DNA from: a virus
Lineage: Duplodnaviria; Caudoviricetes
Direction: 5' to 3' (one strand)
IMG/VR virus record: IMGVR_UViG_3300035498_000778
Span: 60,893-124,892 of that record
Length of the DNA: 64,000 nt
Below are positions 19,639 to 29,196 of the stretch, piece by piece. The translations under genes were made by a program, and so were the position numbers. Each line of letters opens with the position of its first letter. The stretch's first letter is position 1. The notes beneath the pieces are model-generated. The model had not been told where the DNA came from. It searched no databases and saw only the letters and a program-made list of their open reading frames with translations.

Positions 19639-21096
19639 ATGAATAATATATTTATTAATAACATGATTTATGACCATGAGTTTAATTCTAAATTAGACCA
19701 GTATTTTATTGAAATGGTAGAGTATAGACATGACGAAGACGCGTACCCTGTAATGTTTGAATCTGCAATGGACGGTGTTCGTAAATTGATAGATAATTTA
19801 CTAGCCAAAGTTAAGAGCGTCATTGAAAAGGTGAAGGTATTTCTTTTTGGAGAAAAGGCAAAAAAGGATGAACAACAAACTGATGCTAAAGTTGAAAAGA
19901 TGGAAGAAGTGATATCTGAACATCCTGAAATTGGACAGCAAGAGGTAACGACTATCGATTCAGATAAATATGTAAAAGAATGTAGAAAATTACGCAAGCA
20001 AAATAAATTCACAGGAATAACAGATACACTTTTTAAAGCTTGTGCAGTGACTGGAACAGTGGCAAGTGTTATTATGATGTTTAAAAGTGGTAAAGTTAAA
20101 AAACAGCTTAAAAATGCAATGTCTGAGCTTGAACAGTCGAAGAATTCTATTACAAAGTTAAAAAGCGAACTAGATAAATCAGCTTCGGCTAATACAGCTT
20201 TATCCAGTGAGCTTAACAAACAAAAAACGACTAATAATGATCTTAAGACAAAGATTGCGGATCTCGAAAAACAAATAAGTGATAAGAATCAAGAAATAAC
20301 ACAACTAAAAAAAGACAATAAGAATAATCCTAGAATAACAGAGTTAGAGAATGAGGTTAAAGATTTGAAGACCCAAGTCAAAAATCTGACCGAAGAAAAT
20401 AAGGGTAACGTCACACGACTAGATACTGCAAAACACGAGAATACAGGTTTGAAGAATAACCTCAAAAAAAGTCAGGAAGAGGTCAATAATTTACATCAGG
20501 AAGTCTTAGACTTAAAAGGCAAGTTACAAACTGAAGAACAAAAGGTAGTCAGTCTAACAACAGAAATAGAGGGTCTCAAACGAATTGAGCAGCAACAAAA
20601 GACGATAGCGACCACTGGCTCTGCTAATAATATTAATGGTAAACAAGCTGCAAATAGTAGTGGTTCTACGAAGCCTGCACCAGCACCAAAGTCTAAAGAT
20701 GAAAAAGATACTGTAGAGAAAGATCATAAAGCATCACAAAATATGCGAGAATTAAAGGCTGCGCTTAATGCTCTTCGTAATAAGATAAAACTTAAAGATA
20801 ACGTCCGCATATCAGAATCGGTGAAATCGAGATATTTATGGTTTTTTAATGAAGAAAACTGCGGAAGAACAATGAAAAAGAGTCTCTCTGATGCCGAGTA
20901 TATAGAACTTGCAAATAGGATATCTTTAAAGACAAAAGCAAACAGTGAAGAAGAATGTAAAAACTTTGTAATAACAATGAAATATAACACTAAGGATGAT
21001 ATAAATGCTTTTATAAGTAGTAAACTTTGGGCTATCATTAGTAAATATAAAAATACTGTGGGAGCTGGAGGCAGTGGTTCTAAGCGTACGAAGTAA
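19639..21096 (+). CDS. Divergent member of the cassette family; putative internal head protein with long coiled coil
   Basis: N-terminus alignable to the family (MFESAMDGVRKLIDNL vs MCESVLDSIKTFFSNL; EHPEIG vs DNPKLG; hydrophobic segment followed by KxG). Confidence 0.7.
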   Translation: MNNIFINNMIYDHEFNSKLDQYFIEMVEYRHDEDAYPVMFESAMDGVRKLIDNLLAKVKSVIEKVKVFLFGEKAKKDEQQTDAKVEKMEEVISEHPEIGQQEVTTIDSDKYVKECRKLRKQNKFTGITDTLFKACAVTGTVASVIMMFKSGKVKKQLKNAMSELEQSKNSITKLKSELDKSASANTALSSELNKQKTTNNDLKTKIADLEKQISDKNQEITQLKKDNKNNPRITELENEVKDLKTQVKNLTEENKGNVTRLDTAKHENTGLKNNLKKSQEEVNNLHQEVLDLKGKLQTEEQKVVSLTTEIEGLKRIEQQQKTIATTGSANNINGKQAANSSGSTKPAPAPKSKDEKDTVEKDHKASQNMRELKAALNALRNKIKLKDNVRISESVKSRYLWFFNEENCGRTMKKSLSDAEYIELANRISLKTKANSEEECKNFVITMKYNTKDDINAFISSKLWAIISKYKNTVGAGGSGSKRTK

Positions 21097-21651
21097 TAGT
21101 ATATATTAGGTATATATGTGGTATATACCACATATATACATTTTTTACATTAATATAACCAATAATATATATAAGAAAGGATATGATGTATAATGGATAA
21201 TATTATATTAGAGAATATGTATTTTGAACATAATATAAGCTCATTAACAGATAAATATATTATAGAATGTTATGAAGATAGTTATATGTGTGAGTCAGTA
21301 TTAGATAGTATTAAAACATTCTTTAGTAATTTAAAAGAAAAGATAAAAGATATATTTAATAAGATAATAGCTAAAATAACAGGTAAAAGTAAAGAGAATA
21401 CAAATAAACTAAATGAAATAGAAGATAAGATTAAAGATAACCCTAAGTTAGGATTAGTTAAAGTACAAATAGCTGATCCTAATAAAGTAGAAGCAGAAAT
21501 AGATAAACAAAAGAAAGAATATTTAAATAATAAGAATAAAGAAAAAGGTAAGTTTAAAGTAGATAAGAAGAAAGTAGCTACCACAGCCACAGTTACTGTT
21601 ACATTAGGTGCAGCTGTAGTATTATTAAAGAAAGGTATAATAAAACTACCT
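21093..21651 (+). repeat. Cassette repeat unit 1: spacer with 30-bp perfect palindrome plus 459-bp constant coding region
   Basis: Near-identical to 22374-22928 and 24094-24637; constant part also at 63620-64000 (inverted). Confidence 0.95.
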
Positions 21652-22362
21652 GATGAAGTTCAGAAGATTCAAAAAAATGTAACTAGTACTATAGATAAAA
21701 ATAAAGAACAACTTGACAGAGAATATAATATGTTAAGGAATAATTACAGGCTTTTTGGTTATGATCACCCAGAGCAGCATAGTGATAAAGAAATAGAAGA
21801 TGCCCTTAAAAGAGAACAAAAAGTGTTTGGTACTAAGGGTGAACATAAGATGGAAGAAATAGAAGCTGAAGAAAAAAGGCTGAAGGAAATAGAAAGAGAG
21901 TCATCGGAAGTTGTACAAGCTGCACAAGAAGCCACAGTTATGAGATATGAACTTTTGCTTGAAGAATGTAATCGATTATTATCAGAAGCTCTAAACGCAA
22001 CATATAAGGCTGAGCGCATTAAAAAAGATGATTTGGAAGGGTTGTATGATACTGACAGTGTAGAAAAATTTGATAAGATTGCATCAGCTGCTCGTGATAA
22101 AATTGAACAAAATAAGAGTAAAATTGATTCAATAGAGGATAATTCATATAGCATGAGAGAGGACCGACGACGAAATATGGCTGAGATTCGTAGGAAAGCA
22201 GTGGACGATAGAGCAAAAATCATAGATGCTTATAATAGAGATCTTGATGAACTAGAGAAAAAATACCCTTCTCCAGATGGAAAGTCCGCTCCTAGACTTT
22301 CAAATATGAGACCTAGCAAGATTAAACTCAGTATGCCAGAAGATATCCCGAACAACGGGTAG
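21193..22362 (+). CDS. Cassette family member A (constant N-terminus, variable C-terminus), putative internal virion protein
   Basis: 153-aa constant region ending KKGIIKLP, then unique helical region. Confidence 0.85.
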   Translation: MDNIILENMYFEHNISSLTDKYIIECYEDSYMCESVLDSIKTFFSNLKEKIKDIFNKIIAKITGKSKENTNKLNEIEDKIKDNPKLGLVKVQIADPNKVEAEIDKQKKEYLNNKNKEKGKFKVDKKKVATTATVTVTLGAAVVLLKKGIIKLPDEVQKIQKNVTSTIDKNKEQLDREYNMLRNNYRLFGYDHPEQHSDKEIEDALKREQKVFGTKGEHKMEEIEAEEKRLKEIERESSEVVQAAQEATVMRYELLLEECNRLLSEALNATYKAERIKKDDLEGLYDTDSVEKFDKIASAARDKIEQNKSKIDSIEDNSYSMREDRRRNMAEIRRKAVDDRAKIIDAYNRDLDELEKKYPSPDGKSAPRLSNMRPSKIKLSMPEDIPNNG

Positions 22363-22373
22363 AGAGAAGTAAT

Positions 22374-22928
22374 AATAGTATATATTAGGTATATATGTGG
22401 TATATACCACATATATACATTTTTTACATTATTATAACCAATAATATATATAAGAAAGGATATGATAATATGGATAATATTATATTAGAGAATATGTACT
22501 TTGAACATAATATATCTTCATTAACAGATAAATATATTATAGAATGTTATGAAGAATCATACATGTGTGAAAGTGTATTAGATAGTATTAAAACATTCTT
22601 TAGTAATCTTAAACAGAAGATAAAAGATATATTTAATAAGATAATAAGTAAAATAACAGGTAAGAATAAAGATACTAATAATAAACTAAATGAAATAGAA
22701 GATAAGATTAAAGATAATCCTAAATTAGGATTAGTTAAAGTACAGATAGCTGATCCTAATAAAGTAGAGAATGAGATAGATAAACAAAAGAAAGAATATT
22801 TAAATAATAAGAATAAAGAAAAAGGTAAGTTTAAAGTAGATAAGAAGAAAGTAGCTACCGCAGCCACAGTTACTGTTACGTTAGGTGCAGCTGTAGTATT
22901 ATTAAAGAAAGGTATAATTAAACTACCT
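22374..22928 (+). repeat. Cassette repeat unit 2
   Basis: Palindrome GTATATATGTGGTATATACCACATATATAC at 22389-22418, then constant region. Confidence 0.95.
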
Positions 22929-23888
22929 AGTAAAGTTGAAAAGAGTAAAAAAGAAGTAAGTAATACAGTTGATAAATGTGAACAAAATGCTACTAAAACT
23001 GTAGAGAATAATAGTGATAATAAAGAAGAAGTTAAAGAACAACAACAAGAAGCGGCAGAAGTTACACAAGCTAATGAAGAAGCTGCAGCTGCCGAGTATG
23101 AAAGTATATTAAATACAATAGCTGAATTAGAACAGATAAGATATGATCATCATTTTGAAACCATGATGGCACAAACCGGTAACAAAAAAGAGGACGAAGA
23201 TCTCATGGAGAAAGACAGAGAATTTGCAGACAAAATCGAAGGTAAACAACTTGATCTGAAGATGAGTGCTAGTTATCATGGTCCTAAGAGGAAAGAGCTT
23301 AGAAAGAAACACAATGAACGCATGAAAAACATACATGATGACTACAGTAAAAAAACAATAGATACATTCTTTACTCCACCATCTGAGCCAAGGAAAGTAA
23401 TATCAAAAGAAGAAGCAGATGAAATAAGAAGCGAAAAACAGAGGGATGATCAGGAAAAAAGGGAAAAAGCTAGGCTACGAGATGAAGAAAACGCAGTAAC
23501 AGATAGGGTGTTGAAACGATATGAGGGCATTACTTCAAAGAAACTATTTAACACGTTTAAGGGATATGCTAAAAAGGAAATTCAAATAAATCAAGAATGT
23601 CTGGCAAACATACGTAGGGATGTTGAGAAATTCTATAAGAAGTACGGCCATATATCCAAAGATAGGTGTGATAAAATTGAGAAGCAATATATGAGCATAC
23701 GTTTAGATAAGTTACGAGTACTTTATAAGGATTATCCTCCATTTAAAGATATATTTAAAGAACGCGGAGATGATGAGTATTTAGAGTTATATGATGGTCT
23801 CAAAGATAAAGTGGCAACAAGCTGGACTGATTCATCTGTTCCACTACATAGGTTTATGGATGATATAGTTAAAAACTCAGAGAAATAG
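22470..23888 (+). CDS. Cassette family member B
   Basis: True start MDNII at 22470 after AAGAAAGG RBS; constant region plus unique C-terminus. Confidence 0.85.
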   Translation: MDNIILENMYFEHNISSLTDKYIIECYEESYMCESVLDSIKTFFSNLKQKIKDIFNKIISKITGKNKDTNNKLNEIEDKIKDNPKLGLVKVQIADPNKVENEIDKQKKEYLNNKNKEKGKFKVDKKKVATAATVTVTLGAAVVLLKKGIIKLPSKVEKSKKEVSNTVDKCEQNATKTVENNSDNKEEVKEQQQEAAEVTQANEEAAAAEYESILNTIAELEQIRYDHHFETMMAQTGNKKEDEDLMEKDREFADKIEGKQLDLKMSASYHGPKRKELRKKHNERMKNIHDDYSKKTIDTFFTPPSEPRKVISKEEADEIRSEKQRDDQEKREKARLRDEENAVTDRVLKRYEGITSKKLFNTFKGYAKKEIQINQECLANIRRDVEKFYKKYGHISKDRCDKIEKQYMSIRLDKLRVLYKDYPPFKDIFKERGDDEYLELYDGLKDKVATSWTDSSVPLHRFMDDIVKNSEK

Positions 23889-23891
23889 TTA

Positions 23892-24089
23892 ATGTATACC
23901 AAAAAAAGCGTTACTTCAGCTGTAGCTGTAGTATTACTAAAGAAAGGTATAATTAAACTACCTAGTAAAGTTGAAAAGAGTAAAAAAGAAGTAAGTAATA
24001 CAGTTGATAAATGTGAACAAAATGCTACTAAAACTGTAGAGAATAATAAAAATAAAGATACTAAAGAAGAAGTCCAAGTAATAATATAA
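23892..24089 (+). pseudogene. Internal remnant of a cassette family member
   Basis: AVVLLKKGIIKLPSKVEKSKKEVSNTVDKCEQNATKTVENN matches member B at DNA level; lacks spacer, RBS, N-terminus and variable domain. Confidence 0.75.
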
Positions 24090-24093
24090 TGTG

Positions 24094-24637
24094 GTATATA
24101 TGTGGTATATACCACATATATACATTTTTTACATTAATATAACCAATATAACCAATATATAAGAAAGGATATGATAATATGGATAATATTATATTAGAGA
24201 ATATGTATTTTGAACATAATATATCTTCATTAACAGATAAATATATTATAGAATGTTATGAAGAATCATACATGTGTGAGTCAGTATTAGATAGTATTAA
24301 AACATTCTTTAGTAATTTAAAAGAAAAGATAAAAGATATATTTAATAAGATAATAAGTAAAATAACAGGTAAAAGTAAAGAGAATACAAATAAACTAAAT
24401 GAAATAGAAGATAAGATTAAAGATAATCCTAAATTAGGATTAGTTAAAGTACAAATAGCTGATCCTCAAAAGGTTGAAGCAGAGATAGATAAACAAAAGA
24501 AAGAATATCTTAATAATAAGAATAAAGAAAAAGGTAAGTTTAAAGTAGATAAGAAGAAAGTTATAACAGTAGCTACAGTAACAGTATCATTGGCTGCAGC
24601 TGTAGTATTACTAAAGAAAGGTATAATTAAACTACCT
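24094..24637 (+). repeat. Cassette repeat unit 3
   Basis: Palindrome at 24094-24123, then constant region. Confidence 0.95.
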
Positions 24638-25486
24638 AGTAAAGCTAAACAAGCAGAACAGAATGTAACTAAAACTGTTGATAAATGTGAACAAAATGCT
24701 ACTAAAGCTGTAGAGAATGATAGTACTGATAAAACCACTGATGCTAAAGAAGAAGTTAAAGAACAGCAACAAAAAGCAGCAGAAACTGTACAGGCGGACC
24801 AAGAAGCTATTACTAAATATCGTAATGCACTAGACGTAATGTGGCTGAATATCAATAGATGTATAGGATATGAGAAATCACTGAACGATCCAGATATTAG
24901 TGAAAAGGAGAAGAAACATATTAAGGAAGAGCAATGGGTCAATTATAAATTGTTTAAAAAAGAAGAGACTGCGGCTCAAAATTTATATGATGAAAATAAT
25001 CCTGTTATGGTAGACTTAAAGAATAAACATCAGCTCTCTGATAAAACAAAATCCCTTATGGATGAAATTAAAAATAGGCACGATAAGGAGTGGGCTGAAG
25101 CTACGTATGCGTCAGAAACCGACATAGATAAACTTAAAACCATATTGGACGACATAGTTAAATTGTGCCCAAGAAGTGAAGAACTTTTCTATGCGAAGAG
25201 AGTACCGGATATTAGTGAATCTGATGAGAAACGCCTTCAAAACGAAGAAGATCAGATAAATAAGAAAATCGCTGAATTAGTATCTAGTGCTAAAGAAATA
25301 TTTAAAAGAGATAATAAAGAGATGGGACGACTTTGTTCAGACTATAATAGAAGCATAAAGGATATTAAAACAGAAATTGATAGCAAGTATAAACAAAAAT
25401 ATGGTTCAACATTAAAACCTGCTCCTTCCAACTTTGCTGCTAAAATGCATAGGGCATACCGATATTCATTAAAGGATCCAGAATAA
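24179..25486 (+). CDS. Cassette family member C
   Basis: Constant region plus C-terminus distantly similar to member D (SLNDPDISE / AQNLYDENNP). Confidence 0.85.
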   Translation: MDNIILENMYFEHNISSLTDKYIIECYEESYMCESVLDSIKTFFSNLKEKIKDIFNKIISKITGKSKENTNKLNEIEDKIKDNPKLGLVKVQIADPQKVEAEIDKQKKEYLNNKNKEKGKFKVDKKKVITVATVTVSLAAAVVLLKKGIIKLPSKAKQAEQNVTKTVDKCEQNATKAVENDSTDKTTDAKEEVKEQQQKAAETVQADQEAITKYRNALDVMWLNINRCIGYEKSLNDPDISEKEKKHIKEEQWVNYKLFKKEETAAQNLYDENNPVMVDLKNKHQLSDKTKSLMDEIKNRHDKEWAEATYASETDIDKLKTILDDIVKLCPRSEELFYAKRVPDISESDEKRLQNEEDQINKKIAELVSSAKEIFKRDNKEMGRLCSDYNRSIKDIKTEIDSKYKQKYGSTLKPAPSNFAAKMHRAYRYSLKDPE

Positions 25487-25615
25487 CTTTTTATTATATT
25501 AATAACATTTATATTAAGTAAACCATATGGTTTACTTAATATATTTTTAATTATATATTATAGACATGGAAGTATATAAACATATAGACCATAATATGGA
25601 GGTAATATAATATGG
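25483..25615 (+). repeat. 133-bp perfect inverted repeat, left copy (palindrome/terminator + early promoter + RBS + ATG)
   Basis: Base-for-base reverse complement of 62663-62795; contains a 34-bp perfect palindrome at 25510-25543. Confidence 0.95.
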
Positions 25616-26898
25616 CTAAGAAGAAGAAAACGTACATCGAACGATTAAACTGGGACGCAGAGTATATCAGAGATGTAATGTCAGGTGAAGGATTTAAAAT
25701 AACAGAACCAGCATCTGTTACTGTGGATAGTGGAAAGGAAAAGACCTTGTATGGTTTATACTCACCACTCTATGGTACAGACTACTCAGATGAACAGTCT
25801 TTCGTTGAAAGATACCATTGTGATTGTGGCTACTTTACAGGTAAAGCTTTCGAGGGCGAAGTGTGTCCTAAGTGCAATACTAAGGTTACTTATAAGGATA
25901 TAAATATTAAGTTTACTGGATGGATATCATTTGGTAGACATAAATTATTAAATCCTTATTGGTACAATGTACTTGACAAAGCACTGGGAACTGAATCTCT
26001 TAAAGGACCTGATGGTAAGTCCGTTGGTGGTAGAGTTAACATACTAAAGACTATTATTAACTCAAAACAGATGGTAGATATTAATGGTCAGACTGCTAGG
26101 TATGACGCTGATGCGATGAATGAGAAAGTATCACATCCATATGTAGGTATAGGTATGACGGAGTTGTATAATAGGTTTGATGAAGTACTACGCTATTTCT
26201 ATGACAAGAAACAAAACTCCAGACCTAAGATTAAGATGATAAAGGATGAAATACAAAAAGTATGGTGTACTAAGATTCCTATTTATAGTACATTCATGCG
26301 TCCAATGTCATCTACATCAGAGAACCTATACTACACACAAATGGACAAACAACTATCTCCTCTATTCACAATATCATTAAAGATACAAGATGCAGAGGAT
26401 ATAGAAGTTGACAACATGTTAACGCGTGCTCAAGAACGTCTTAATCAATACTGGGATATCAACTTCAGTTTGATTAATGGTAAGGAAGGTTGGATTAGAC
26501 AACAGATTGTAGGCGGTAGTTTAAATAACACCTCACGTAATGTTATTATACCTGACCCTACCTTACGTGAAAATGAACTTGCGTTATCATATCACACATT
26601 CATCGAATTATTTAAGTTCCAGATTATTGCATCACTACGTGATTACGGTGGTATGAGTTTAGCTGATGCTGACAAGCGCTGGAATGAAGCATACTACAAA
26701 TTCGACCCATTAGTATACGAAACTATGAATCAGATTATCAAGGAGAAGGAACCTTGTGTAATCATTAACAGAAACCCCACGTTAAACTATTACAGTATTT
26801 TACTGATGAAAATCAAACGCGTAAAACCCGACTTTAGTGATTATACGCTTTCGGTTCCCATAAGCATACTCGTGGGGCTTAACGCTGATTTTGATGGT
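25612..26898 (+). CDS. Non-virion RNA polymerase beta' N-half, exon 1
   Basis: Zn ribbon CDCG..CPKC, GKEGWIRQQIVGG, SRNVIIPDP, NRNPTL, LNADFDG; early motif upstream. Confidence 0.9.
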
Positions 26899-28677
26899 CC
26901 AAATGCTTAATTCATGATGCATGTATTGATTGAAATGTAAAATGGACGAACAATACAGTAAAAAGATAGGAATTAAGCGAGCAAGTTTTTGCCATCACTA
27001 AACCCTTTAAATTGCTGGAAGGACTTTATAACATATTGCTACAACGTGATTAGAAATGATGACCGTGAATGCTCTAAAAAGTATATGTTTTAGTCAATCA
27101 GCAGCCCGAATATTGAGATCTCAATTTATAATGATAACTTGCCACTCTAAATTTTATCTTTTAAAATATTCTAAGGAGGATTTAAAAATGAAAGAAATAT
27201 TTAAAGATGTGGTAGGTTATGAAGGAAAATATAAAGTATCCAATATGGGTTATGTTATATCTTCAAATGGAAAAATTGTTAAACCGTTTGCTGATAGAAA
27301 AGGATACTTAAGATGTTCTTTACACAACCCAAATACTATAAAAACCATTCATCGAATAGTTGCTACAGCATTTATACCTAATCCAGATAATAAGCCTGAA
27401 ATTAATCACAAAGATTGTAATACTGCTAATAATCGTGCAGATAATCTTGAATGGATGACTAGTAAAGAAAATAGCAATTACCGTGACAGTTTAGGTCACA
27501 ACAATCGTGTAAATGCTATTGAAGCGCATAGTTGTCCATGTGCTATTTATGACTTAGAAGGTAATTTGTTGTATTTATTTAAAAGTCATAAAGAGGCTGC
27601 AGTCTTACTAGATTTTGATGCCACTTACATTGGTCAAGCGTGCAAAGGTGTCAAAGCTACTTACAAGAACTTTATCTGGAGAGATGTTGATTATTGTAAA
27701 CCGTCTGAAGTATCAGATTATATTCAAAAAATGCATCTTGAAGATGGGTTGGATAAGGTAATGCAGAATCGACCATCTAAAGAACAGGAATGTGTTCAAT
27801 TATCAATGGATGATGTGGAACTAGCAAGATATAGCTCGTGTTCAGAAGCCGCAAGAGAATGTAAGTTAAGTGGTACATCTATAGCAAGAGTATGTAGAGG
27901 AGAACGTAATTCATATGCTGGTTTTAAATGGAAATACTCAGGTAATAGTAATAATGTGAAAAGTGTCAAATATGACATTACTAAGTATGTAGCTCGTTTG
28001 GACTCTTCATATAATATAGACAAAGTATACACCACTTGCAAAGAAGCTGCTGAAAAAAATAATATAAATCAATCATCTTTAAGCTCTGCGTGTAGAGGAG
28101 AATACTCAATGTGCGGAGGATATAGATGGAGATACGTTACTGCTGACGAACTATTGAACACTGGTTTACAGATACCTAATGATAATAGGGCATCATCAAA
28201 ACCATGTGCACAATACGATCCAGATACGAACGAACTGATTGATGTATATGTATCTTGTGTAGACGCAGGCAAAAGTGTTGGAGCAACTGGATGTAACATC
28301 TCAATGGCATGTAATGGTCAAATAAGCAAATCGCATGGATACAGATGGGAATATATAGATATGGATACCTATTATAAATTGAAGAAACAAGATTAAGGTT
28401 CATCGACTATCGAAACCAAAATACCAGTAGGAGAATATTTGGTATCTCCGAAAATGACTGTGAAGTCATTTGGTAAAATACGGAGCGTTGTGAAACGCAC
28501 TTAAGGAATTAGAGTACAGCCAAGCGGTGTGGTTGTGTGTAATAAGCACGTAATGCCACTTAAATGGAAATGTTGGGCACTATCCAAATAGTGAAGATAT
28601 AGTCACACCTTCTAGTGGAAGCTAGAGAAGTTCATAAGAGAACTGCGTGAGCGTAGCGAACTTGCGTGAAGATAGTG
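26899..28677 (+). mobile_element. Group I intron (IA-like) in RNAP beta' catalytic motif
   Basis: Exon ends in U and intron ends in G. IGS GCCATCA (26991) pairs with exon TGATGGT via G.U. Core elements P AAATTGCTGGAA, Q AATCAGCAG, R TCATCGACTAT, S GAAGATATAGTC. Splicing restores NADFDGD. Confidence 0.92.
27188..28396 (+). CDS. Intron-encoded HNH homing endonuclease (NUMOD4-HNH plus four NUMOD1-like repeats)
   Basis: KDVVGYEGKYKVSNMG; HRIVATAFIPNP..INHKD.NTANNRADNLEW...EN; four S..EAA...I..AC.G....G..W repeats; AAGGAGG RBS. Confidence 0.9.
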   Translation: MKEIFKDVVGYEGKYKVSNMGYVISSNGKIVKPFADRKGYLRCSLHNPNTIKTIHRIVATAFIPNPDNKPEINHKDCNTANNRADNLEWMTSKENSNYRDSLGHNNRVNAIEAHSCPCAIYDLEGNLLYLFKSHKEAAVLLDFDATYIGQACKGVKATYKNFIWRDVDYCKPSEVSDYIQKMHLEDGLDKVMQNRPSKEQECVQLSMDDVELARYSSCSEAARECKLSGTSIARVCRGERNSYAGFKWKYSGNSNNVKSVKYDITKYVARLDSSYNIDKVYTTCKEAAEKNNINQSSLSSACRGEYSMCGGYRWRYVTADELLNTGLQIPNDNRASSKPCAQYDPDTNELIDVYVSCVDAGKSVGATGCNISMACNGQISKSHGYRWEYIDMDTYYKLKKQD

Positions 28678-28848
28678 GATATTTTAAACATGATTGCACT
28701 AGTGGACGACTATGACAAACATTTATTCAGACGTTATGACCCACATACACGTATGATGATTAGTCGTGATACTGGTTTGCTAAATAAGGACTACGCAATA
28801 GCTAAGTCACAAATGATAGACCTATATTATTTCTGCACAATGGAATAA
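28678..28848 (+). CDS. Non-virion RNA polymerase beta' N-half, exon 2
   Basis: Begins DILNMIAL, completing NADFDG-D; DP..MMISR.TG; spliced product 485 aa. Confidence 0.88.
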   Translation, partial: DILNMIALVDDYDKHLFRRYDPHTRMMISRDTGLLNKDYAIAKSQMIDLYYFCTME

Positions 28849-28944
28849 CAAAAAGTATAGTTAAACAATATAGTAAAAATTTATGAGAAGAAGTTTTATA
28901 GACTTCTTCTCATATGTGAAATAAAATTAATGGAGGAATTTGTT

Positions 28945-29142
28945 ATGAAAGGATTAAGAGTTCTTGTAAATGTAAACAGTAATATTCTGTTCACCGAGGA
29001 TGAATATGACAACTGGAGTTATGATGGTACCTGCCTTATGATTGAAAAGGATGGCGGTTTGGTCGCACTTTACACCGTCAATAACATAATTGGCGCACTT
29101 AAGTGGGACGATGATGATACCAATAACAATAATGAATCATAA
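28945..29142 (+). CDS. Small hypothetical protein
   Basis: GGAGG RBS, late motif at 28864, terminator at about 29153-29185. Confidence 0.6.
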   Translation: MKGLRVLVNVNSNILFTEDEYDNWSYDGTCLMIEKDGGLVALYTVNNIIGALKWDDDDTNNNNES

Positions 29143-29196
29143 TACATATATAAATGAAGACTGACAATGTCAGTCTTCATTTTTTTATTTTTATAA

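Noticed and set aside
22395-22469. ORF-track N-terminal extension MWYIPHIY and related minus-strand ORFs (20724, 22230, 23732)
   Set aside because: By-products of the palindromic spacer; the real RBS and start are at 22470
21093-24180. Repeated 30-bp palindrome as a CRISPR array
   Set aside because: Copies are 1.3-1.7 kb apart and separated by whole genes; no spacer-sized intervals and no cas genes
19639-25615. DGR, shufflon or integron explanation of the cassette array
   Set aside because: No reverse transcriptase, no adenine-specific TR/VR pair, and no tyrosine or serine recombinase in the window; every cassette has its own constant region. A recombinase elsewhere in the genome cannot be excluded
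27056-27187. N-terminal extension of the HNH ORF
   Set aside because: Overlaps intron core elements; strong RBS places the start at 27188
26896-28848. Frameshifted or pseudogenised beta', or an intein
   Set aside because: Group I core elements, IGS and U/G splice boundaries restore the frame exactly; no intein motifs
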